Origin: the human T2T-CHM13v2.0 reference genome, Homo sapiens
Direction: 5' to 3' (one strand)
Length of the DNA stretch: 64,000 nt
Assembly (NCBI RefSeq): GCF_009914755.1
Contig: NC_060928.1
Shown here: positions 43,940 through 56,492 of the stretch, in pieces
Position numbering within the stretch: the stretch's first letter is position 1
How the letters are laid out: every line of letters begins with the position of its first letter
The notes under the pieces: generated by a model
Told to the model about the DNA's origin: nothing
The model's database searches: none
The model's input: only the letters and a program-made list of their open reading frames with translations
Made by a program: the position numbers and the translations under genes

Positions 43940-45633
43940 AGAGAGGTAGAATCAGCTCTGCTGTAGAGGTTTGTGGCTCTTGTCCACAGGATGTCACAGA
44001 TGGGCTCCCACAGCCTTGGGCAGCTCCACCTATGTGGCTTTGAAGGGTATAGCCCCGCTTCTGGCTGCTTTCACAGGCCGGTGTTGGGTGTCTGTGGCTT
44101 TTTCAGGTGCTGGTGTTGAGTGTCTGCTTTCACAGGCTGGTGTTGAGGGTCTGCGGCTCTTCCAGGTGCACCGTGCAAGTTGTCAGTGGATCTACCATTC
44201 TGGGGTCTGGAGGACAGTGGCCCTCTTCTCACAGCTCCAGTAGGAAGTGCCCCACTGAGGACCCTGTGTGGGGGCTCCTACCCCACATTTCCCTTCCATA
44301 CTGCCCTACTTGAGGTTCTCCATGAGGTCCCCCACCCCCACAGCAAATTTCTGCCTAGACATCCAGGTGTTTCCATACATCCTCTAAAATCTAGGCAGAG
44401 GTTCCCAAACCTCAATTCTTGACTTCTTTCCACCCTCAGACTCAACACCATGTAGAAGCTTCCAAGGCTTGGGGCTTGCACCCTCTGAAGCCATGGCCCG
44501 AGCTGTACTTTGGCTCCTTTTAGCCACAGCTGGAGCTGGGACACAAGGGCATGAAGTCCTTAGGCTGCACACAGCAGGGGGGCCCTGGACCTGGCCCATG
44601 GAACCATTTTTTCCAACTAGGCCTCCAGGCCTGTGATGGGAGGGGCTTTCATGAAGGTCTCTGACATGCCCCGGAGACATTTTCCCCATTGTTTTGGTGA
44701 TTAACATTCAGCTCCTTGTTACTTATGCCAATTTATGCAGAGGCTTGAATTTCTCCCCAGCAAATGGGTTTTTCTTTTCTATCACATGGTTAGCTGCAAA
44801 ATTTCAAAACTTTTATTCTCTGCTTCCACTTGAACACTTTTCCGCTTAGAAATTTCTTCCACCAGATACCCTAAATCATCTCTCTCAAGGTCGAAGTTCC
44901 ACAGATCTCTAGGGCAGGAGCAAAATGCCTCCAGTGTCTGCTAAAGGATAACAAGTGTCACCTTTGCTTCAGTTCCCGACAAGTTCCTCATCCCCATCTG
45001 AAACCACCTCAGCCTGGACTTTATTGTTCATATCACTATCAGCATTTTGGTCAAAACCATTCGACAAGTCTCCAGGAAGTTCCAAACTTTCCTGCATCTT
45101 CCGTCTTCTGAGCCCTCCGAGTCTCTAGGAAGTTCCAAACTTTCCCACATTTTTCTGTCTTCTTCTGAGCCCTCCAAACTGTTCCAACCTCTGCTTGTTA
45201 CCCAGTTCCAAAGTCTGCTTCCATATTTTTGGGTATCTTAATAGAAATACCCCACTCTACCAGTACCAATTTACTGTATTAATCCATTTTCATGCAGCTA
45301 TGAAGACATACATAACACTGGGTAATTTATAAAGAAAAAGAGGTTTAATGGACTGACAGTTCCACATGGCTGAGGCTTCACAATCATGGCAGAAGGGGAA
45401 GGAGGAGCAAAGGCATGTCTTATATGGTGGCAGACAAGAGAATGTGTGCAGGGGAACTGCCCTTTATAAAATTATCAGATCTTGTGAGACGTATTCACTA
45501 TCACAAGAACAGCATGGGAAAAACACGCCCCCATGATTCAATTACCTCCCATGTTGTCCCTCCCATGACATGTGGGGATTATGAGAGCTACAATTCAAGA
45601 TGAGATTTGGATGGGACACAGTGAAACCATATC
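43940..45633 (-). mobile_element. THE1C-like element: 5' LTR (45276-45633) plus truncated internal region
   Basis: LTR ggagcaaaggcatgtctt...tgtgtgcaggggaactgccctttataaa; internal cagtggatctaccattctggggtctggaggac; no second LTR seen. Confidence 0.85.
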
Positions 45634-46008
45634 AGTCCTATTCCCTTGCAGGTGTTGAAATACCAGAAGTCATCCAAAAGATTTTAAATAAAGACAAATA
45701 GTTGGGAAAAAAAAAAGAAGAAGAAGACATAGTAACAGTGCTGTGTTGAGTATGTTGGAGTTGGGGCAAAATAAAACATCCTCGTTCCCTATCTCTTTGT
45801 ATTTAAATGGTTGATATTTATTCGTCTTGGAATTGCTGCTTCAATTTTTACATTTTAAATATTCTATAGAAATTCATTCATTCTGATAACTGAGATTTTG
45901 GTGCCTTTTCTAATTTTGTGCTGGAGGCTCCTTGCCTCCCTAGTCTCATCTGGTCCAGGTTCTTCCTCCCTGTTCACAAGTGACCAATGTCTTTGTTTTC
46001 TTTTCTAG

Positions 46009-46297
46009 GCTTGGAATATTCTCAATGGCTATCAAGGCCACCATGTGGAGCAGTGCTTCCTGGACCTGGTTTCTTCTTGGCATCTGGACCTGGCCCAGTG
46101 CTACAGGATCACCTGCTTCATCTCCTGGAGCTCCTGCTTCAACTGTGCCCAGGAAATGGCTGGGTTCCTGAGGGAGAATAGACACATGAGCTTGCGCATC
46201 TTCACTGCCTGCACCTATGATTACCACCCAGGATATGAGGAGAGGCTGCACATGCTGCAGGGAACTGGGGCCCAAATTTCCATCATGACCTCTATGG
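46009..46297 (+). pseudogene. APOBEC3AP1: Orphan APOBEC3 Z1-type catalytic exon (unprocessed fragment with flanking intron, ~45920-46420)
   Basis: ttttctag|[97 protein letters not shown]|gtaaga. Contains H-x-E-x27-S-C-x2-C and aligns with A3A and the A3G C-terminal domain. The gene symbol is from memory and must be verified. Confidence 0.92.
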
Positions 46298-46422
46298 GTA
46301 AGAATGGAAACTTTGGGTGGGCTGGGGTGTGTTGGGGCAGGGAGAGGAAAGTTACTAGAAAGGCAGGGAGGGTCGGTATCCCTGTGCAAAAAGCCTTGGT
46401 TGGCTGCCTGCAGAGGCTTATG

Positions 46423-46484
46423 AAATTGCTGTTCATAAATGGAATCCATTCAGAAACAATTCTTTGAGTTAGGGTGGACAGCCT
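46423..46484 (+). repeat. Dispersed direct repeat, copy 2, directly after the APOBEC3 intron remnant
   Basis: aaattgctgttcataaatggaatccattcagaaacaattctttgagttagggtggacagcct. Confidence 0.85.
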
Positions 46485-46744
46485 ATACTGAGGCTCAGGC
46501 CCTATAGATGTGTGTTTTCATATCCCAGACACCACTATGTAGTTCCATTCTATTTCTGGTTTCATATAGATTTCTAAATTGTTTTTGAACTCACTTTTGT
46601 CTTTTTATGTTTTAAAAATATTTAATGCCCTATTGTGTTTTGTGTTTGAAGTAAAGGGAGAAAAATAGATCAGCAAGTTTCTGCATAAAATTTGTTGTGG
46701 CAAATTGTTGCTCTTGGTACCTACTTCTACATGTGCATATATAT

Positions 46745-46948
46745 ACAGGCATACCTCATAGATATTGTGAGTTTGGTTCCAGACCATTGTAATAAAGTGA
46801 GTATCTCAGCATAGTGAGTCATGAAAATTTTTTGGTTTCCCAGTACATGTAAAAGCTATGTTTATACTATACTGTCGTTTACTAAGTGTGTACAGCATTG
46901 TGTCTGAAAATCAATATACATACCTTAATTTAAAAATATTTTATTGCT
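46745..46948 (+). mobile_element. Tigger1 5' end (3' part resumes at ~53524-54152)
   Basis: tacaggcatacctc...gatattg...ttggttccagacca TIR. Confidence 0.8.
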
Positions 46949-46949
46949 G

Positions 46950-49900
46950 AGTGGAGAGGTGGAGCAAGATGGCCAAGTGAACCCTCCAGTGATTGTCCCC
47001 TCCTACAGGAACACCAAAGTGAACAACTATGCCCACAAGAAAGCACCTTCATAAGAACTAAAAATCAGAGAAGCAATCACAGTACCTGGTTTTAATGTCA
47101 TGTCAAGGAAAGAGGCACGAAAGAGAGTAGGAAAGACAGTCTTGAATTGCCTACATCACCCCTCCCCTTTCCCTCAGCAGTGGCTGTGTGGCATGGAGAG
47201 AGCATCTGTGTGCTTGCAGGAGGGAGAGTGCAGTGATTGTGGGATCTTGCATTGAAACTCAGTGCTGCTCTGTCACAGCAGAAAGCAACATAGACAGAAT
47301 TCAGCTGCTAAGTGCCCACGGAGGGACCATTTAGACCAGCCCTAGCCAAAGGGGAATTGTCCATGCCAGTGGTCAGAAACTCAGTTCTGTTTAGCCCCAC
47401 TTACCATGAGCTAAAGCACTCTGTAGTCCCAAATAAATTTGAAAGGCAGTCTAGGCCACAAGGACCGCAATTCCTGGGCAAGTTCTGGTGCGGTGTTGGG
47501 CTCAGAGCCACTCACAGGACTTGCAGTGCGTGTGACCCAGTGAGACACCAGCTGGGGTGGCCAAAGGAGTGCTAGTGTCACCCCTCTCCTAACTCCAGAA
47601 AGCACAGCTTGCAGCTCTAGGAGAGACTCCTTTTGGTTGAGGAAAGGAAAGGGAAGAGTAAAGAGGATTTTGTCTGGCAACTGGGATACCAGCCCAGCCA
47701 CAGTAACATAAAACAACAAGCAGATCCCTGAAGTCTCCATTCCAGGCCCTAGCTCCTGGATAACATTTCTAGACCCACCTTGGGCCAGAAAAGAACCTGT
47801 TACCCTGAAGGAAAAAACAAAGTCCTGGAAGAACTCACCACCTGCTGACTAAAGAGCCCGTAGTCCTTGAATAAACATTAGTAGCAGCCAGGCAGTACTC
47901 ATCACAGACCTAGAACAGTGACGGCCATGGGAAAAGACTCTTTTTGAAGAAAGGAGAGGGAGGAGTAAAAAGGACTTTGTCTTGCAAATTGGGTTGCAGC
48001 TCAGCTATAGTAAAATAAGACACCAAGTAGATTCCTAAAGTCCCCAGTTCTAGGCCTTAGTTCCTGGACAATATTTCTAGACCCAGTCTGGGCCAGAATG
48101 GAAGCTGCTATACTGATGTGAAGGACTCAGTCCTGGCAGGATTCACCATCTTCTGAGTAAAGAGCCCCTGGGCCTGAAATAAACATCAGTGGTAGCTAGG
48201 CAGTTATTGCCAGTGGCCTGGTGATGGCCATGTGAAGAGATTCCTTCTGCTTGAGGAAGGAAGAGGAAAGAGTTAAAAGGATTTTGTCTTGCAACTTCAG
48301 TACCAGCTCAGCCACAGTAAAATGAAGCTCCAAGTAGATTCCTGAAGTTCTTCAATCCAGGCCCTAGTTCCTGGACATTTCTAGACCCACCCTGGGCCAG
48401 AGGGGAGCTTACTGTACTGAAGAGACGGACTCAGTCCTGGCAGGATTCACCATCTGCTAACTAAAGAGTCCCTGGGTCTTGAACAAACATCAGCAGTGGC
48501 CAGGCAGTAGTCGTGAAGGGCCTGGGACAGCGGTGGCCATGGGGAGAAACTGTTTCTGCCTGAGGAAAGGAAAAGAAAGAGTAAAAAGGACTTTGTCTTG
48601 CAACCTGGGTACTACCTCAGCTACAGTAAAATGAAGCACCAAGTAGATTTCTAACATTCCTGATTCTAGGCCCTAATTCCTGGACAACATTTCTAGACCC
48701 TCTCCTGTGGCCATCACCATCCCAGGCCCCGGGCAACTACTGCCTGGCTACAACTGATGTTTGTTCAAGGCCCAAGGGCTCTTTAACCAGCAAGTGGTGA
48801 ATCCAGCCAGGACTGGGTCCTTCCCTTTAGATAGCAGGCTCCCTTCTTGTTCCAGGGTAGACAGAGGTGGGAGGATTGTTTGAGCTTTTGAGCCTGGGAG
48901 GCAAAGGTTGCAGTGAGCCAAGATTGCATCACTGCATTCAAGCCTGGGTGACAGAGTGAGACTCTGTTTCAAAAAAAAAAAAAAGAAAAAAGAAAAAAGA
49001 AAAAAAAGAAAAGAAAAAGCAATGAAATGTTTAAAAAATGAAAATTAAATTAAAAAAAGGAAAATGAAGGAAAAGGATGTTAATGAGCAATCAGAGATCA
49101 TCTGAAGCTACAAAACTCACTGGTAATAGACAAATACAGAATATTATAATACCGTATTGTAGTGTGTTAACTACTCATATCTTGAGTAGAAAGGCTAAAA
49201 GACAAATCTATCGAAAATAACTACAACAACTTTTTAAGACATAGACAAAATAATGATATATAAATAGAAAAAACAAAGTTAAAAAGCAGGGTGGAAGATG
49301 AAGTTAAAGTATAGAGGTTTTATTAGTTTTTTCTTTGCTTGTGGTTTGTTTTTTCAATCAGTTAAGTTGTTATCAGTTTAAAATAATGGGTTATAGAATG
49401 TCATTAAGCATAATGGTTACTTCAAATAAGCAACCTACAACAGACACACAAAAAATGAAAGGCAAGAAATTAAAACATACCACCAGAGAATATCAATTTC
49501 ACAAAAAAGGAAGGCAAGAAAGAGAGAAGGAAGACAGGAAGAAGGGAAGGAAGGAAGGAAGGAAAGAATGAAGGAAGAAGAAAGAGAAGGCCACAGAATA
49601 AGCAGAAAACAAATAACAAAATGGTAGTAAGTTCTGATTTGTTAATGATAACATTGATAAAGTTGAAGGTAAATGGACTAAACTCTCCAATCAAAAGACA
49701 AAGAGAGGCTGAATGGATGAAAAAAAGTAGGACCCAATAATGATCTGTTGCCTACAAGAAACACACTTCACCTATAAAGACACGCATTGACTGAAAATAA
49801 AGGGATGGAAAAAGATATTCCATGCTAATGGAAACCATGGAAACCAAAAAGAGAGCAAGAGTAGCAATACTTATATTAGATAAAATATATTTCAAGACAA

Positions 49901-51990
49901 AACTTTAGAACGAGACAAAGAAAGTCATCATATAATGATAAACGGACCAAATCAGAAAGAGGATATAATAGTTGTAAATAGATATATGTATCCAGCTGTG
50001 GAGCACCCAGATACATAAAGCAAATATTATTAGAGCTAAGAAGAGAGAGATAGACCCCAACACAATAATAGCTAAATACTTCAATACCCCACTTTCAACA
50101 TTGGGTAGATAATCCAGACAGAAAATCAACAAAGGAACAACCGACTTAATCTGTACTATAGACCAAATGGACTTAATAAATATTTAGAGAACATCGTATC
50201 CAGACACTACAGAATATACACTGTTCTCCTCAGCACGTGGATCATTCTCAAGAATAGAGCATATGTTAGGCCACAAAACAAGTTTTTCAAGAAATTCAAA
50301 AAAATTGCAATCATATCAAATATCTTCTCTGACCACAGTGGGATAAAACTAGAAATTAATAACAAGAGAAATGTTGGAAACTATACAAACCCATGAAATT
50401 ACACAATATTCTCCTGAATGACCCCTGAATCAATGAAAAAATTAAGAAGGAAATTAAAAAATTTCTTGAAACAAGTGAAAATGGAAAAACAACATACAAA
50501 AACCTATGGGATACAATAAAAGCCATACTAAGAGGGAAATTTATAGCAAAAAGTGCCTACATCAAGAGTAGAAAAACTTCAAATAATCTAACAATGCATC
50601 TTAAAGAACTAGAAAAGCAAGAGCAAACCAAACCCCAAATTAGTAGAAGAAAAGAAATAATGAGTATCAGAGTATAAATAAATAACACTTAAATAAAAAG
50701 TGCCAAAGATCAACAAAATAAAAAGTTGTTTTTTTGACAAAACAAAAAAATTAACAAACCTTTAGCCAGACTATGAAAAAAAGACACAAATAAATAAAAT
50801 CAGAGATGACATATTACAATTGATACTGCAGAAATTCAAAGGACTTTAAGCAACTTATATGCCAATAAATTGGAAAACCAGAAGTAATGGATAAATTCCT
50901 AGACACATAAAAGCTACAAGATTGAATCATGAAGAAATTAAAAACCTGAATAGACCAATAACAAGTAATGAGATCAAAGCTGTAATTGTCTCCCAGCAAA
51001 GAAAACCCTGAGATCCAATGACTTCACTGCTGAAATCGACCAAACACTTGAAGAAGAGCTAGTACAAATCCTATCCAGCTATTCTGAAAAATAGAGGAGG
51101 TGGGAATACTTTCAAACTCATTCTATATGGCCAGTATTGCCCTGATACCAAAAGCAGACAAAAACACGTAAAAAAAAGAAAACAATGAGCCTATATTTTT
51201 GATGAACATCAATGCAAAAATCCTCAAAAATACTTGTAAACCAAATTCATCAGTGAATTAGAAAGATCATTTATCATGACCAAGCAGAGTTTACCTCAGG
51301 GGTACAAGGTTGGTTCAACATACACAAATCAATCAATGTGATACATCCTATCAACAGAATGAAGGACAAAAACCTTATAATCATTTCAATTGATGCTGAA
51401 AAAGCATTTGATAAAATTCAACATCCCATTCATGATTAAAAAAACCCTCAAAAACTGGGGATAGAAAGAACATACCTCAACACAATAAAAGCCAAATATG
51501 ACAGACCTGCAGTTAGCATTATACTGAACAGCAAAAAACTAAAAGTTTTTCCTCTGAGATCTGGAACATGATAAGGATGCCCACTTTTACCACTGTTATT
51601 CAACATCGTACTGGAAATCCTAGCTACAGCAATCGGTCAAGAGAAATAAATAAAGGCCATCCAAATTAGAAAGAAAAAAGTCAAATTATTCTTGTTTTCA
51701 GATGGTATGATCTTATATTTGGAGAATCCTAAAGATGCCACCAAAAAACTATTAGAACTAACAAACAAATTCAGTAAAGTTGCAGGATACAAAATCAACA
51801 TACAAAAATCAGTAGCATTTCTACATGCCAACAGTGAACAATCTGAAAAAGAAATCAAGAAAGTAATCCTACTTATAATAGTTACAAATAAAATAAAATG
51901 CTTAGGAATAAACTTATCCAAAGAAGTGAAAGATCTCTACATAGAAAACTGTAAAACATTGATGCAAGAAATTTAAGAGAACAAATGAAA
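46950..51990 (+). mobile_element. Old L1 (L1PB/L1MA-type): tandem 5'UTR units, ORF1 deleted, degraded ORF2 (EN+RT), 3'-truncated
   Basis: gagcaagatggcc start; ~305-bp repeated 5'UTR units; RT motif LFSDGMILYLENPK at 51692. Confidence 0.88.
48861..49020 (+). mobile_element. Alu right-arm fragment
   Basis: ggttgcagtgagccaagattgcatcactgc plus A-rich tail. Confidence 0.85.
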
Positions 51991-52006
51991 GAAGGAAAAG
52001 AGGAGC

Positions 52007-52405
52007 TGTATTAGTCTGTTCTCGCACTGCTATAAGGACATACGTGAACCTGGGTAATTTATAAAGAAAAGAGGTTTAATCAGCTCATGGTTCTGCCAGC
52101 TCTCCAGGCTTCTGCTTATGGGGAGGCCTCAGGAAACTTACAACCATGGCAGAAGTTGAAGAGGAAGCTGGCACATCCACCATGGCTGGAGTAGGAGAAA
52201 GAGAGACAGGCGGGCAGGTGCTACACACTTTTAAACAAGCAGATCTCTGGAGACGTCTTATCACCAGACAGCACTAGGGGGATGGTTCTAAACCATTAGA
52301 AACTGCCCACATGACCCAATCACCTCCAAGCAGGCCCCTCCTCCAACACTGGGGATTAAAATTTGTCATGAGATGTGGGTGGGGACAGAAATCAAAACTG
52401 TATCA
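52007..52405 (-). mobile_element. MSTA-like MaLR LTR
   Basis: tgtattagtctgttctcgcactgctataa...aaactgtatca. Confidence 0.85.
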
Positions 52406-53523
52406 GAAGGCTAAATGGCAAATAATTATTCTTGTTATGCTTTGTGCAAACAACCAGGCCACGTATATTAAGACTGAAGCTTATTTCACAAACAAATCAG
52501 TCCTATCATGATTTGTTTTTAATAAAAATGAGGATTGGAGAGAGAAAAATTATGTTTCAAGAATTACAGTACACCTGTATTTAGATTCTAGTCTCATCAG
52601 TTATTTTTGAGTTTTGTCAGCAATTTAGACTAACCCTTCTTATTCCTGTGAAACAATCAGTGATCTCTGGCTGCAGCTCAGAAGAAAAGATGGATGGGTA
52701 GTGTAAAAATCTGGATCAATATTCTAATTCTGGGCATGTATTATAATCAGCTAGCAACTCCATGCACCCAAGTCTTAGCAGGTGTGACTATACCCACCAG
52801 CTACCTAGGTGTGTTGGTAGCCCTAGGATTTTTTGGAGCTGTTATCTTCCTCTTTTTTTTCTTTTTAACCATTCTTCTAAATCTGATAACTTGATTTGTC
52901 CCCTTTTACCTTCAGGTCATCAAGCTCCAGATGATCCTCAGTGAAGGATACTGACCTCTCAAATATTCAAGAGTTACCCTTCTATAGCGGGCCTCTAGAC
53001 TGCCCATCAATGGGACACAACAGAGGCAAAATCTTGCCCCTGTCTCCCTTAGGCCTGGCTGGATACTGCTTTTTTACAACCCATAGAGCCAACCCTGCCC
53101 TGACAGCTAGTAGGAGGCCAAGACCCACAGAACCACCACCACCGCCCCTCTGTCTGCAGGAAGCAGTTACAGAAGACTGACCTTCATCCATTTTCCCCAA
53201 AGAATTGGAGTCTTGGACTCCAGAGGGGGAAATGTTACAGCAGGTAGCTAGTTAAACATGAGCAGGGCAGGACAGGGCTCCCAACCCCCACCAGGAATGT
53301 CAGGCGACATCAAGTGATCTCTCAAGTCACCCACTCTGCCCTCTTCCAAGTGTACTTTACTTCCTTTCATTCCTGCTCTAAAGCTTTTAAGTAAACTTTC
53401 ACTCCTGCTCTAAAACTTGCCTCGGTCTCTCCTTCTGCCTTATGCCTCCGTGGTCTAATTATTTCTTCTGAGGAGGCAAGAACTGAGGTTGCTGCAGGCC
53501 ATATGGATTCACTGCTGGTAACA
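52406..53523 (+). mobile_element. ERV1 (MER4-group) internal 3' end, PPT and shortened MER50-like LTR (53232-53523)
   Basis: PPT agagggggaaa, then TGTTACAGCAGGTAGC...ATGAGCAGGGCAGGA...GGTAACA. Confidence 0.7.
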
Positions 53524-54152
53524 TGTTGACTGGAGTAGCACTTTTAATTTTCCTCCAGAACTTTTCTTTTGTATTTACAATTGGGCTAATTGTCTGATGC
53601 AAGAGTTTTAGCTTTTAGCCTCTGCCAGCCTTTGACATGCCCTCCTCACTAAGCTGAATCATTTCTAGCTTTTGATTTCAAGTGAGAGACATGACTCTTC
53701 TTTGCACTTGAACATTTAGAGGCTATTGTAGGGTTCATAATTGGCCCAATTTCAATATTGTTGCATCTCAGGGAATAGGGAGGCCTGAGGAGAGGAAGAG
53801 AGATGTGGGAAATGGCTGGAGGGTGTAGTAGTCAGAACACACATACTGTCTATGTATTAAATTTGGTGTCTTATATGGGTGTAAATCTTGTTGCCCCCAA
53901 ACAATTACAGTAGTAAAATCAAATATCGCTTATCACAGATCACCATAAAAGAAATAACAGTAATGTAAACATTTGAAATATTGTAGGATTACCCAAAATG
54001 TGACACAGAGACACAAAATGAGAACATGCTCTTGGAAAAATGGCTCCGATAGACTTGCTTGATACAGGGTTGCCACAAATTTTTAATTTGTGCAAATCAT
54101 AGTATCTGTGAAATTTAATAAGCTAAACACAGTAAAATAAGATGAACCTTTA
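53524..54152 (+). mobile_element. Tigger1 3' part
   Basis: gacatgccctcctcactaagct...ggaaaaatggctccgatagacttgcttgatacagggttgccacaaa. Confidence 0.78.
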
Positions 54153-54944
54153 TTGTGCATAAATAGATAATTATTTGGGGGTAATTCTTCACATATGTAA
54201 TGAATATTTTTGTAGAAAATGTACACATGACCCAATCATTTCTAAGGAAGATAAAGAGTTTTAGGTAAGGCTAATATGGAAAACAGACTAACCTGAATCT
54301 ACCAGATAGAGGAACTGCTGCTAATAAATTAAATAAAATAATTTTTATAAATTCAAGAGCCTTGAAAACACTAATTGGTCCACTAAAATGTTACAGATTT
54401 TAAAATAAATCTTGGGCAATATGTCAACAAACAGGTAGACTATATGACAATTCATTTGTCAAATCTAGTATCAAATAAAGGAAATGAAAATTGAAATTGA
54501 GAATATTTTATGTTAGAACACGTTAAGAAAGGATCTAGTAAAGCAAGGATTAGATTGGAGTTATGATTTTGAAAATCTCTTTGTCTCTGAAACAGCCCAG
54601 GCAGGCTCGCTGATGTCATCTTTTTGGGCGAATAATTATTATATAGTTAGAAAGCTCAGGGTCTGATGGTTAACCCACTGCATATCTCTACCCAAAGAAT
54701 GGGGGCTTGCCCATAGGGTTGGCGCTCCTGAAGCATGGGTCAGGAAAGCAAAGATCTTTTTCAAGGATATCTGGGGGTAGTGTTGGAACGACAAGGCCTT
54801 CAGCCTAGAAAAGGGCTTCCTCTGTAAGTGTGGCCATCAGTGACAAAGAAAATACAAAATCAATGATATAACCAACGAGAACAAGCCAAAAAGAGGCTTG
54901 TATCAATAATAATAAAATTTAAATACTCTATGCAAAAGGTTTTA

Positions 54945-55252
54945 ATTTTTATTTATTTTTGAGACAGGGTCTTGCTCTGTCACCCAGGCTGAAGTGCAGT
55001 GGTGTGATCACTGCTCACTGCAGCCTTGATTTCCCAGGCACCAGGGATCCTCCCACTCAGTGCTCCTGACCCCCCAGGTAGCTGGGACCACAGGTGCGTG
55101 CCACCTGCCTGGCTAATTTTTGTATTTTTGGTAGAGACAGAGTTTCATTATGTTTCACAGGCTAGTCTTGAATTCCTGAACTCAAGCAATCCACCTGCCT
55201 CAGCCTCTCAAAGTGCTAGAATTGTAGGCGTGAGTCACCGCCGCATCCAGCC
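54945..55252 (-). mobile_element. AluJ
   Basis: Antisense dimer. Confidence 0.88.
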
Positions 55253-56492
55253 AATTTTTATAAGGCATGAAGTTTAACTATTATTATTAGTAATAGTAGA
55301 AGAGAATGCTGTATGTTGATTTAGGAGTGTTTTGGCTAAAATCTGAATTAACAATTTAAGGTACCTTTGTTTTACAAGATATTAGACTTAGTCATATGGG
55401 TTCACAGCATTCCACTGAAGTTTCAGATTGTGCTCTGAGAAACAGCCTGCTTAGCAAACTTGGGGAAAAAAATTGCTAAGACCTGGAATAAGATATTAAA
55501 ATAACAGAATATTTTAATAATATCTGGGAGAAGGGAAACAGACATGAATGTTGTGAATTTTATTATTATAACATTTAAAAAATGCAGGATGATCTATTTG
55601 TATTTTTTTCAAGTCTCCTCAGTGAGTATGTATACTCGTAGAGGTAATAGTAGAAATTGTAACTGACGATGCAACCATGGCATTAATCCATTCGAACATC
55701 TTGCATCCAGACAATGGGATTTGTTGAACAATAGGGAAATATTCTCACTTGACAGGTTTTAGGATTTTGTTGTGGCTGTTGTTGTTTTTGGATATGTGGG
55801 TGTTGGCAGGAATAGCTTCGTTAACACATTACATTGATTTCCAGAGTTGACTTGGTGGACCTGGCTGGCAGGGTATTTGGGTGTTTCTTTCCTTTCTATT
55901 GCTCCTTGCTGGTTGCTATGGCAGCTGTATTCCTGTGAAGAGAGAATGCCTGCCTAGTGTCTGTCTGTTCTTGTTTCAATCAGAAAAGCATGTGGAGCCT
56001 TTCCAAGGCAGGCTGGATCTTACCTATGATGTATCGGTAGTGCATGAACATGCCATGGTCAGCACTGTCCACCTTGCAGTGTGCCTCTGGGACGTGTCCT
56101 GAGATGGATGAGGTTTTCAGTTTGCACTTTTTGAGATTCCGTGGTCTGCTTTTTAGAAACCCATACAGTATTACAGCCATTGCTTACAGAAGCTGTCCAC
56201 TTTAAATAGCGTGGGTTTGAAAATTGAGACCAGAGCTGCTTAAAAGACTCCAGAGTATAACTGAGATAATTTGTTGCACATGGATGGGTAAAATAGGAAA
56301 GAGTAGGAGGAAGGGAGGGAGATGATTGCATAAGGAGACAGAAAAGAAGTCTGTGTAGGGCAGTGACTCAGAAAAATGACTTACCAGGGCAAAGGACTCA
56401 TGTATAATAATTGATCTCCAATTCATCTGCTTCTGTGAGGTTTACTACAGATGTCCGTTCTGGTTTTAATTCACCACTTCCTACCATTACCC

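Noticed and set aside
45946-46449. 167-aa minus-strand ORF
   Set aside because: Antisense shadow of the APOBEC3 exon
46298-46467. C-terminal extension of the 140-aa ORF (KNGNFGW...SETIL)
   Set aside because: Read-through into intron and direct-repeat sequence, not APOBEC-like; the ORF-track start is a GTG in the middle of the HxE motif
47630-48700. ~305-bp tandem units and repeated motifs resembling an array
   Set aside because: Ordinary tandem 5'UTR monomers of an old L1; eukaryotic DNA with no CRISPR-like repeat-spacer structure
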